A stretch of DNA of 64,000 nt from Candidatus Omnitrophota bacterium (GTDB taxonomy: Bacteria > Omnitrophota > Gorgyraeia > JABMRG01 > JAFGKX01): positions 98,527 through 162,526 of the forward strand of contig JAZDPX010000033.1 of assembly GCA_043797125.1 (NCBI GenBank), in the 5' to 3' direction. Shown one piece after another: positions 41,415-50,273 of this stretch; positions within the stretch are counted from its first letter, which is position 1, and every line of letters starts with the position of its first letter. The notes under the pieces were generated by a model. That model had not been told where the DNA came from. It ran no database searches and saw nothing but the letters and a program-made list of their open reading frames with translations. A program made the position numbers and the translations under genes.

Positions 41415-42407
41415 TCACCACTCAATTATCCTCGCTCTTTGCTTCAACGGCTTCCACCACCGGCTGTTATTCTTATACCAGCCTATTGTCAAATCCAGGC
41501 CCTCATTAAACGAATACTTCGGCCTCCAGCCCAACTTTTTAATTTTACCGGAATCAAGCGCGTAACGCCTGTCATGCCCAGGCCTATCGGTTACAAATTT
41601 TATATAGCTATCCCTAAGGCGCAGTTTCTTTAAAAGGGCCCCTGCCATATCAATATTGCGTATTTGGGTCCTGGTGCCTATATTGTAAATTTCGCCAATT
41701 TTCCCATTTTTTAAAATACATTCTATGCCGCGGCAGTTATCCTCAACAAATAGCCAGTCGCGTATATTTTTGCCGTCGCCGTACAAAGGCAGTTTTTTGC
41801 CCCCAAGAAGATTGGTGATAAACAACGGCATCACCTTTTCCGGATACTGATAGGGGCCGAAGTTGTTTGAGCTTCTTGCTATTACAACCGGTAATCCAAA
41901 TGTATGATAATAACTAAGGCATAATAAATCAGCTGCTGCTTTTGACGCTGCATACGGAGAATTAGGCAAAAGCGCGTCTGTCTCTTTTGAAAAACCTGAT
42001 TTTATGTCTCCGTACACTTCATCTGTCGAGATCTGCATGAATTTTTTTATTTTGTATTTTCTGGCTGCCTCAAGAAGAACCCTTGCGCCTTCGATATTTG
42101 TTTTTATAAAAGCCCCGGCGTCTTTAATCGAGCGGTCCACATGCGTCTCTGCCGCGAAATTAATTATGGTCGATGGTCGATGGCCAATGGTCGATAGTAA
42201 ATTATTCACTAATTTTGAATCGCAAATATCGCCTTTTACGAATTTATAGCGTTTATCACTTTTGGTATCTCTTAAATTGTTTAGGTTGCCAGCATAAGTG
42301 AGCTTATCAAGATTTATGATTTTAATATCCCTATATTTTTTAAGCATGTATCGAATGAAATTGGACCCGATAAACCCGCATCCTCCGGTTACTAATATAT
42401 TTTTCAT
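41415..42407 (-). CDS. rmlB: dTDP-glucose 4,6-dehydratase
   Basis: GGCGFIGSNF, DKLTYAGN, AAETHVDRSI, STDEVYG, YAASK, DRPGHDRRY. Confidence 0.95.
   Translation of the reverse strand: MKNILVTGGCGFIGSNFIRYMLKKYRDIKIINLDKLTYAGNLNNLRDTKSDKRYKFVKGDICDSKLVNNLLSTIGHRPSTIINFAAETHVDRSIKDAGAFIKTNIEGARVLLEAARKYKIKKFMQISTDEVYGDIKSGFSKETDALLPNSPYAASKAAADLLCLSYYHTFGLPVVIARSSNNFGPYQYPEKVMPLFITNLLGGKKLPLYGDGKNIRDWLFVEDNCRGIECILKNGKIGEIYNIGTRTQIRNIDMAGALLKKLRLRDSYIKFVTDRPGHDRRYALDSGKIKKLGWRPKYSFNEGLDLTIGWYKNNSRWWKPLKQRARIIEW
42166..42198. repeat. In-frame heptamer array ATGGTCG x4 inside rmlB
   Basis: Encodes LSTIGHRPSTI; reverse complement of the C(T/C)ATCGA family. Confidence 0.88.
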
Positions 42408-42414
42408 CTTTTTA

Positions 42415-42444
42415 CCACAGACTATAGACTATTGACTATAGACC
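42415..42444. repeat. Heptamer array CTATAGA-family overlapping the aminotransferase stop
   Basis: ccacaga ctataga ctattga ctataga. Confidence 0.85.
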
Positions 42445-43570
42445 CTGCGGCCTCCTTTATTACTTTAATCACATGCCCCATCTGCTTCCTGCCAAGCTCC
42501 GGATACACGGGTATAACAAAAGTTCCTTTAGAACAATTCTCCGCTTCCGGAAAATCTCTCTTCTTATATCCTAAATACTTAAAACAAGGCTGAAGATGCA
42601 AGGGCACAGGATAAAATGTCCTTGAATCTATGCCCTTGCCAATAAGATATGCTCTTATCTTTTCTTTGTTTTCCGTTGCCCTTAAGACATACTGGTGATA
42701 TATGTGGGTATTGCCCTTGGCAACATATGGCGTAATAAGACTTAAATCTCTTAAAGCGCTATTATAATAAGCTGCGTTTTGCGCGCGCTTTTTATTCCAT
42801 TTATCTATGTGTTTTAATTTCACCCTTAAGACAGCTGCTTGAATGGAATCCATCCTGTGATTATGTCCTATGCGCAAGTGCACATATTTATCTTGCGGCG
42901 AAGCGCCCTGATTTCTTAGTAATTGTAATTCTTCTGCAATGGCCTTATTATTAGTAACTATACAACCCGCGTCGCCAAACGCGCCTAAGTTTTTACCGGG
43001 ATAAAAACTTACAGTCCCGCAATCGCCTATTGTGCCTGCCTTTTTACCTTTCTGGCTTGCGCCGAAACTCTGAGCAGTATCTTCTATAACTTTCAAATTA
43101 TTCTTTTTTGCAATCTTCATTATCGCATCCATATCAGCGCACTGGCCGTATAGGTGGACTGGGATTATGGCCTTTATAGTATTGAGTATTGAGTATTGAG
43201 TATTGAGTAAAATCTTTTCGATGGAATCGATAGAAATGTTATAGGTTTTAGCGTCGATGTCCGCAAAAACAGGCACAGCCCCGATAGCCGCCACTGCGCC
43301 TGCGGTCGCGTAATATGTAAAAACCGGGCAAATAACTCCGTCGCCCTCTTTTATGCCTAATGCCTTAAGCGCAAGAAAAATAGCGTCTGTGCCGTTTGAG
43401 ACTGCGACTGCATATTTTACCTTGCAATAGGCGGCTATTTCTTTCTCAAGAAGCCTGACTTCTTCTCCAAGTATAAAACTGCCTGAATCAATAACTCTCT
43501 TTACAGCAGAGTCTATTTTCTCTCTAATAGGCTTTGTCTGCGTTTCCATATCCAACAATGGTATCTTCAT
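42422..43570 (-). CDS. DegT/DnrJ/EryC1/StrS aminotransferase (WbpE/WlbC-like)
   Basis: SNGTDA, PVHLYGQ, EDTAQ, SFYPGKNLGAFGDAG. Confidence 0.93.
   Translation of the reverse strand: MKIPLLDMETQTKPIREKIDSAVKRVIDSGSFILGEEVRLLEKEIAAYCKVKYAVAVSNGTDAIFLALKALGIKEGDGVICPVFTYYATAGAVAAIGAVPVFADIDAKTYNISIDSIEKILLNTQYSILNTIKAIIPVHLYGQCADMDAIMKIAKKNNLKVIEDTAQSFGASQKGKKAGTIGDCGTVSFYPGKNLGAFGDAGCIVTNNKAIAEELQLLRNQGASPQDKYVHLRIGHNHRMDSIQAAVLRVKLKHIDKWNKKRAQNAAYYNSALRDLSLITPYVAKGNTHIYHQYVLRATENKEKIRAYLIGKGIDSRTFYPVPLHLQPCFKYLGYKKRDFPEAENCSKGTFVIPVYPELGRKQMGHVIKVIKEAAGSIVNSL
43179..43206. repeat. In-frame heptamer array GTATTGA x4 inside the aminotransferase
   Basis: Encodes LNTQYSILNT between IEKI and KAIIPVH. 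Confidence 0.9.
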
Positions 43571-44299
43571 TCTGTTGCCTTTCTTGCCACAAGATTATTT
43601 GCTCTAAGAAGGGAATCAAAAGTCCCTGAATCGGTCCAAAAACCATTCAGCTTATCATAGCTCATCTGGCCCAGGTTTATATATTTGTTATTTACATCCG
43701 TAATTTCCAGTTCGCCTCTTTTAGAGGGTTTGAGTGTTTTTATGATATCGAATACCTTCTTATCATACATATAAATCCCCGTAACGATAAAATTGGTGAG
43801 CGGCCTTTTGGGCTTTTCCGTGATATTCAATATTTTACCGTTTTTAAACTCAACCACGCCGAAACGCCCGGGATCAGGCACTTCCTTTATCAATATCCTG
43901 GCGCCATTTTTTTGACTTCGAAATTTATTCACCGAAGCCTTTATAGACTCCTCGACTATGTTATCGCCGAGGATTACCACTATCTTGCCGCCGTCGGCAA
44001 AGTCCTGCGCCAGGCGAAGCGCGTCCGCTATGCCGCCTTCCCCTTTCTGATAAGTATATTCGATGTGCTTTAATCCGAATTCTTTGCCGCTTCCTAAAAG
44101 CCGCAGGAAATCCCCGGCATTATTTCCGCCCGTAACAATTAATATTTCCGTTATTCCAGCATCAACTAAGGTTTGAATAGGATAGTATATCATCGGCTTG
44201 TTGTAAACTTAGCTAATGCAAAAGGTGTTTGTTACAAACCGTAGTTAAAGGATAAAGTCTCGAACCTAATCCTCCACATAAAATAACACCTTTTGTCAT
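43567..44299 (-). pseudogene. rmlA: Glucose-1-phosphate thymidylyltransferase disrupted after codon 27
   Basis: ATG 44299 gives MTKGVILCGGLGSRLYPLTTVCNKHLLH*; VYNKPMIYYP resumes in another frame; 10 nt (CATTAGCTAA) stand where one Pro codon is expected. Confidence 0.85.
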
Positions 44300-44314
44300 T
44301 GGCATCACCCCCTT

Positions 44315-45316
44315 TTATTTTGAAACTTGCTTTTTAAACCTTTTAGTATCCGCAAGTTTCTTTATTTTTTGAAATAGAATAAATTTACGCGGTAAATAAA
44401 CGTCTGTCGATCTTAGGCCTCCATAAATAAAATTCCCTAATTTCACTGTATCCTCAAATCCATATCTTAATTCAAAACAGTTTGGCGTTCGTTTATAGAT
44501 AGTCCCCCGCCGTGTAGGCATTATATTGTGCATCCATTTTAGCACTTCATAGTTAGAGCTGGTAACCATAGATTTATAAATATCATTGCTGACATGATAT
44601 GCAAAGCAACCATCTCCATCAAAATATCCTCTTACAAAATCATGATAAATATTTTTTGGCATATTTAATGGATATAACCTTAAAGGCTTCTTTGGGATTA
44701 CCCCCAATTTTAATAAATCATTGTTTATCTCGTTAGAGCTGAATTCCAATCTAAAATATTTGCCATTTTCGTAACTTCTTATAGGTTTATTGCTTTGAAA
44801 AACTAAATTTATCTTTTCTAACAAAACTTTGTCCTTTGTGGCAAACATCAATTTTCCTTCCCTGCTTACACAACCATCAGCACAAATGTACCCAAGTAAA
44901 TATGCGGTTTTGCTATTAAGGGATTTAAATATATCTCTGCTATAGTTATAAATACGATTATAGCTGCGGCCTTTCATCTTTCTGCTGTGCTCCCTTTTGC
45001 CCCTTTCTGCCTGCATGTAAAATTTACCTTTTTGTGCCGCTATAATAGCCGCCTGCTTTCTGCTTCTCAATTTTATATTCCGTTGCCTTAAGCATCTTTT
45101 GATTCTATTAACGCTATAACCTGACGTTCTTGAAATTTCAGATAATGAAAATTTCCTTTTCACATACAAGTAGACTATTTTATTAATATTGCTGCTTTTT
45201 CTTCTGTTGTGGCCAATAATATACTTTTTACTTAGTCCAACATCTTTATTGCAACCACATGCGCAACTATGGACGCTATAACTCTTTTCCTGTTTTTTAA
45301 TTTTTCCTCCAGTCAT
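44315..45316 (-). mobile_element. Free-standing double-motif LAGLIDADG homing endonuclease gene
   Basis: YLLGYICADGCV and FVRGYFDGDGCF motifs, N-terminal CACGC and HTH-like segment, very basic, more AT-rich than neighbours; sits between rmlC and rmlA. Confidence 0.85.
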
Positions 45317-45746
45317 AATCAATATCGTTATCAAACGCATCCAGCCTATATTCGTCCGGATTTTTTCGATTGTAGGCCCGGGTTGGCGTATTTATCGCTA
45401 CTGCCTCTGTTTTGCCTACGCACTTAAATCCATGATAAACATTAGGCGGAATTTGCACAAGCAAAGGATTGTCCAGGCTTATTTCGAATTCATTTATTTG
45501 TTTGTATGTGGCAGAGTTTTTTCTTGCATCGAAAAGCACAAGGAGCATTTTCCCTGATACGCAGGTGAAATTATCCGTTTGCGAGCGATGCCAATGCCAG
45601 GCCTTTACAACTGCGGGTTTTGCGGTAGTTATATATACCTGGCCGAATTTTTTGAATATTTTATCGTCGCTGCGCAATATCTCCATGAGCCTGCCCCGTT
45701 CATCAGGAATCACTTTAAGCTTTTTTACCTTCACCCCTTTTATCAA
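45297..45746 (-). CDS. rmlC: dTDP-4-dehydrorhamnose 3,5-epimerase family (cupin)
   Basis: DERGRLME, KAWHWH, IPPNVYHGF; TTG start with GAGGAGG SD. Confidence 0.88.
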   Translation of the reverse strand: MIKGVKVKKLKVIPDERGRLMEILRSDDKIFKKFGQVYITTAKPAVVKAWHWHRSQTDNFTCVSGKMLLVLFDARKNSATYKQINEFEISLDNPLLVQIPPNVYHGFKCVGKTEAVAINTPTRAYNRKNPDEYRLDAFDNDIDYDWRKN

Positions 45747-45762
45747 TTTATAACCTCCTCAA

Positions 45763-45794
45763 CTATCGACCATCGACTATTGACTATCAACTAT
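45763..45794. repeat. Heptamer array C(T/C)AT(C/T)GA x4-5 directly after the ugd stop
   Basis: ctatcga ccatcga ctattga ctatcaa ctat. Confidence 0.9.
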
Positions 45795-45795
45795 A

Positions 45796-47091
45796 TTATC
45801 TCCTCCCTATACACACGTATTGAAAACCTAAATCTCTCATTCGCTCGGGTTCAAACATATTTCTGCCGTCTATGATAACCGGCTGGTTAAGCAACCTTTT
45901 TATTTTTTTGAAATCAAGATTCTCAAATTCTTTCCACTCCGTAATGATAACCAGGCAATCACACCCTTTTGCAAGGGAATACGGGTCTTTGGAAAACTCA
46001 ACCATAGAAAGCTCGATTTTGGCCCTTCCCATAGCCTTTGGATCATAGGCCTTTATGCGCGCGCCTTCTTTTTGCAGCATCCTTATTATATCCAGGCAGG
46101 GGGCTTGTCTTATGTCATCTGTATTTGGCTTAAACGCTATGCCCAATATTCCTATGGTCTTATTGTTTAAATTCCAGAGCGCAGATTTTATCTTCTCTAC
46201 AAAAAAGGCTCTTTGCGCCTGGTTTACCTTTGCGATTATCTTTAATATTTCAGGGTTGTAGCCTAAGTTTTCCGCTATGTGTATAAAGGCGGCCAGGTCC
46301 TTTGGAAAGCAAGAGCCGCCGTAACCTATTCCCGCATTCAAAAATTCTTTATTTATTCTTGTGTCCAGGCCCATGCCTTGCGCAACCTTTTTTACATCAG
46401 CCCCGCATAAATCGCATATCCTCGATACAGCGTTGATAAACGATATCTTCAAAGAGAGAAATGAATTAGAGGCGTGTTTTATTATTTCGGCGCTCTCTAT
46501 GTCGGTTACAACTATTTGTGCCTTAAGCGGCTTGTATAATTGCCTTAGAATCTTTTCTGCCTTTTTGCTCTGCACGCCTATAACAATCCTGTCCGGGCGC
46601 ATGAAATCCTTGATAGCCGAACCTTCCCTTAAAAATTCAGGGTTTGAGGCTATGTCAAATTTTACTTTTTTGTTTTTACAGGCGTTAAGCGTATGTGCGA
46701 CCCACCTGCCGGTTTCAACAGGCACTGTGGACTTTTCAACGATAAGCTTATACGACTTCATGTGCCTGGCAATAACAGCGGAAACATTTTCCACTGCCGA
46801 TAGGTCTGCCGCGCCTTTTTCTTTCGGCGGCGTGCCTACTGCAATAAATATAATCCTGGCAAATTTAACGCCGTCTTCTATTTTAGATGAAAAAAAGAGC
46901 CTTTTCCTGCTCACGCTTTTCTTAATAAGAGACGCTAATCCAGGTTCGTATATCGGTATCTCTCCGTTTTGTAGGGCTTTTATCTTTTCAATGTTTTTAT
47001 CAACGCACATCACCCTGTTTCCCAGCTCGGCGAAACACGTACCCGTTACCAATCCCACGTATCCGGTTCCTATAACAGCAATTCTTTCCAT
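45796..47091 (-). CDS. ugd: UDP-glucose 6-dehydrogenase
   Basis: GTGYVG, IYEPGL, KSTVP, SNPEFLREG, GYGGSCFPKD, FKPNTDD. Confidence 0.93.
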   Translation of the reverse strand: MERIAVIGTGYVGLVTGTCFAELGNRVMCVDKNIEKIKALQNGEIPIYEPGLASLIKKSVSRKRLFFSSKIEDGVKFARIIFIAVGTPPKEKGAADLSAVENVSAVIARHMKSYKLIVEKSTVPVETGRWVAHTLNACKNKKVKFDIASNPEFLREGSAIKDFMRPDRIVIGVQSKKAEKILRQLYKPLKAQIVVTDIESAEIIKHASNSFLSLKISFINAVSRICDLCGADVKKVAQGMGLDTRINKEFLNAGIGYGGSCFPKDLAAFIHIAENLGYNPEILKIIAKVNQAQRAFFVEKIKSALWNLNNKTIGILGIAFKPNTDDIRQAPCLDIIRMLQKEGARIKAYDPKAMGRAKIELSMVEFSKDPYSLAKGCDCLVIITEWKEFENLDFKKIKRLLNQPVIIDGRNMFEPERMRDLGFQYVCIGRR

Positions 47092-47109
47092 TTTAGACCT
47101 TTTCCCTCT

Positions 47110-49317
47110 CTATTGCTTATTTGTTTGAGAGCCTATCTTAGGCTCGTGGTAGCTTCTTCCGAATCTAAACGGCAAATTAGGAAACTCCTTTAATCTGAAA
47201 ACAACTAAGATCTCCTCGCCTCTTTCCCTGAACACATTATAATGTATATCGACTTCCCAGCAGTGCAGGTCGCGGGTAATAACGTATCTTTGCTCCCTTA
47301 AATCATATACATATTTATTGTCGTTTACAATTCTCTTAAAATCGAAATTTTCATATGCCTTTATCTTCCATTGGGGATTTATGCGCCATTCGACCTGCCC
47401 TATTATATCATTTGACTCGACAACGTAGCTATGCGACAAACCGAAAGAAAAATCTTTAACCGTTGCCACAAAATCCGTATTTATATACTTAAGCCATTCA
47501 TGATCGCGCCTTTTGTGAGGATCCATCGCGGCCTCGGATGTTATTGTCAGCCAATTGTAAGGCCTCATTTCAAGCTCTGCTAAATAATCCAAGAGCTGAC
47601 CTCCCGGAGTTTGCTTAAAGTCATATTGCGTGTCAAGGCCAAGCCTCACAAAATCAATCGACTCCTGATTTTGCCCTCTTTTGGTCTGTAGTTTGTTTTC
47701 CAAGGAAAACCCAATCGTGTTATTTCTGTCTATACTGTCGATCGAATCAAATCCAAATAGACTTTCCTTTCTTAATGTCGGCAATGGATTGTAATTATAG
47801 CTTACCCCAGGGGTAATTATGTGCCTTAGGCTGTTTATTTCTATACCGAGCGGAGAGCATTCGGCGTTAAACATCTTATAGAATTTGGTGTTTACATCCA
47901 CGCCTGTATAAAATATCCCCCTTGTATGCGAGGCGCTGCCAAAATCAGTTCCTGAAAGCCCCTGGTCATAGTAAGTTTCTCTAACAGCAGTATAAGGCGT
48001 AACATTAAGAAACGAAACCTTGCTGGCATAAGATAATTTATTGTATACATCAACGCGATTATTCTTATGCACGAGGGTATTAGCTACAGGATCTTCTATT
48101 GTGCTACTGGGATATTTCTTATTTAAATTTACAGCGCTGTATTCTCCGCTATAATAAAGCCTGCTGTCTCCTATGCGGTTATTATAAAGGTCTAATTTAA
48201 CCTCGGGCAGCCTCTCAACAGTTTCCTCGAACCTGTTCGCCCTTTTTTCAGTAAGAACGCTTAAATTATACAAGGGCTGCGTCTTGGTAATTAACAGATA
48301 AGATCTCGGGTGTTCTTCCTTTTCATATTCTTCGTAGAAGTAATCTTTTCTAAAATCCTTGTCTTTATATTTATACAATTCCGTAGTGGCAAGCGTATCA
48401 TTAAAGATCTGCCATTGGTGCCTCCACTGCGCAAGCACCTTTTCCTGCTCTTTTGTAGATTTGCTATCGCTTTGGGCAGAGTAAAGATGATCCCTGCCTA
48501 TGGCTCTTTCATGAGTATAGTATGTCTTTAGCGTTCCTTTGCCTATGAATTTGGTGTCATATATGTGGTCAAATCCGTAAGCAAAGTCCTTTTTTTCCCT
48601 GTGATCCAAATGCACGTAGCCTTTGTGATTAGGGTCAAGATTATAGCGCCATGCAGTCAACAGGTAAGCGCCCCATTCGCTGCTTTTTCCCGGTATTATC
48701 GTAACTCTCGGGCGGTTTTCATCCAAAGGATGCGCATAAACCGGCAGCCACAATACCGGAACAGACCCAACCCAGAACGTTGCGTCCTTTATAACTATCT
48801 TTACGTTTGGATATATCAATACCTTTTTGGCTGAAATTCTATAATGCGGATACTGGCGGTCGCATGTAGTAACATAGGCCTTGTTGACAATAAATTCATC
48901 CGGTTTTGTTTTTTGGGCGCACTCGCCTTTTGTGTGCCATGGTTTTGTATAACCGGTAAACCCTACCACGCTGCCTGTCTCCTTTTCAAAATTATATGTT
49001 ATCGTATCTCCGGTAAAAAAGTTCTCGCCCTGAACAAGCCTCACGTTGCCTTCGGCAATTGCTTCTTTGGTATCTGATTGAACCCTTACCTTATCGCAGG
49101 TAAGGGTGGCGTCTTTGTATTTTATAACTATATTGCCTGTGCCGACTACTTTGCCGTCTTTTTCAAAATACTCAACCTGGTCGCCGTTAACCTCAATAGG
49201 CCCTTCCATTTCTTCTGCCTGTGCAACCGCAGCAAAAAATAAAAAGAGCGCGGCAAAAGACAAAATAAATCTTTTACTTGTGACTTTGTGACCTGGTGAC
49301 CTGGTGACCTCTCTCAT
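47110..49317 (-). CDS. lptD: LPS-assembly protein LptD-like
   Basis: Signal peptide, OstA beta-jellyroll N-terminus (TTCD), beta-barrel, RDLHCW near the C-terminus. Confidence 0.78.
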   Translation of the reverse strand: MREVTRSPGHKVTSKRFILSFAALFLFFAAVAQAEEMEGPIEVNGDQVEYFEKDGKVVGTGNIVIKYKDATLTCDKVRVQSDTKEAIAEGNVRLVQGENFFTGDTITYNFEKETGSVVGFTGYTKPWHTKGECAQKTKPDEFIVNKAYVTTCDRQYPHYRISAKKVLIYPNVKIVIKDATFWVGSVPVLWLPVYAHPLDENRPRVTIIPGKSSEWGAYLLTAWRYNLDPNHKGYVHLDHREKKDFAYGFDHIYDTKFIGKGTLKTYYTHERAIGRDHLYSAQSDSKSTKEQEKVLAQWRHQWQIFNDTLATTELYKYKDKDFRKDYFYEEYEKEEHPRSYLLITKTQPLYNLSVLTEKRANRFEETVERLPEVKLDLYNNRIGDSRLYYSGEYSAVNLNKKYPSSTIEDPVANTLVHKNNRVDVYNKLSYASKVSFLNVTPYTAVRETYYDQGLSGTDFGSASHTRGIFYTGVDVNTKFYKMFNAECSPLGIEINSLRHIITPGVSYNYNPLPTLRKESLFGFDSIDSIDRNNTIGFSLENKLQTKRGQNQESIDFVRLGLDTQYDFKQTPGGQLLDYLAELEMRPYNWLTITSEAAMDPHKRRDHEWLKYINTDFVATVKDFSFGLSHSYVVESNDIIGQVEWRINPQWKIKAYENFDFKRIVNDNKYVYDLREQRYVITRDLHCWEVDIHYNVFRERGEEILVVFRLKEFPNLPFRFGRSYHEPKIGSQTNKQ
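49278..49309. repeat. In-frame octamer array T(T/G)GTGAC(C/T) x4 at the LptD N-terminus
   Basis: Encodes VTRSPGHKVTS. Confidence 0.85.
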
Positions 49318-50273
49318 AATACCAACGCCGCTGCTCCTATTATCCCGGCCTCATCCGGAAAACTTGCCCTTATTATCTTCAATCCCTTTAAATGCGGCTT
49401 CATGGCTGTTATATTAAGCTGCTTTATTAAACTTGTAAAAATAAATTCGCCTGCCTTTGACACGCCCCCGCCGATGATGAGCATTTTCGGGTTTAAAACA
49501 TTAACTATACCTGCTAAACCAACCCCCAAATAACTGCCTGTTTCCTTTAAAACTTCTATTGCAAGTAAATCTTTTTTCTTCGCTGCCTTTGTTATAAGCT
49601 CGGGCGTTATTCTTGAAAGCTTACCACCTGCCATATTTATTAAGATAGTGCGCTTTTTGCTTTTAATATACTTTTTTGCTCTTTTGACTATGTACTTATT
49701 GCCCACAAAAGCCTCCAGGCAGCCACGCCTTCCGCAGCCGCATTTTGGCCCGTTTGCATCTATGCAGATATGGCCTATTTCTCCTGCGCAGGAAGCGCTT
49801 CCCCTGTAAATTTTTCCGTTTATAATAATGCCGCCGCCGACTCCGGACCCAAGCGTAACGCATATTGCGTCTTTAACGCCAAGCGCAGCGCCCCAGGCAA
49901 GCTGGCCCATGGCAAATGCATTTGCATCATTATCCACAATTACAGGCACCTGAAAATACGAGCGCAGTATCCTGCCAAGTGTTATTTCTTTCCAGCCCTT
50001 TATGTTTGTCAACTCATAAACAATGCCGTTTTTATAATCTACAATGCCCGGCACCCCTATGCCAATGCCGGCCAAATCACTGTTATGTAAATTATTTTCT
50101 TTTATAAGCAGCTTTGCGGTTTCAATTATTTTTGCTATAAAGGCTCTCTTTTTTATAAACAGTTTTGTAGAAAAAGAGGTTTTAGAAAAAATCCTGCCGT
50201 TTCGCTTTACCAAACCCAGCTTTACGGTTGTTGCGCCTACGTCAATACCCAAAACACATTTATTCTTCTTCAT
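49314..50273 (-). CDS. ROK-family sugar kinase (glucokinase-like)
   Basis: GIDVGAT, DNDAN, GSGVGGG, GEIGH, CGCGRRGCLE. Confidence 0.92.
   Translation of the reverse strand: MKKNKCVLGIDVGATTVKLGLVKRNGRIFSKTSFSTKLFIKKRAFIAKIIETAKLLIKENNLHNSDLAGIGIGVPGIVDYKNGIVYELTNIKGWKEITLGRILRSYFQVPVIVDNDANAFAMGQLAWGAALGVKDAICVTLGSGVGGGIIINGKIYRGSASCAGEIGHICIDANGPKCGCGRRGCLEAFVGNKYIVKRAKKYIKSKKRTILINMAGGKLSRITPELITKAAKKKDLLAIEVLKETGSYLGVGLAGIVNVLNPKMLIIGGGVSKAGEFIFTSLIKQLNITAMKPHLKGLKIIRASFPDEAGIIGAAALVL

Noticed and set aside
44315-45340. Intein-encoded endonuclease
   Set aside because: Not in frame with a host protein; no N-terminal C/S block or C-terminal HN
46361-47128. 255-aa plus-strand ORF (and similar short plus-strand ORFs throughout)
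   Set aside because: Antisense to ugd or other well-supported genes; no independent coding signal
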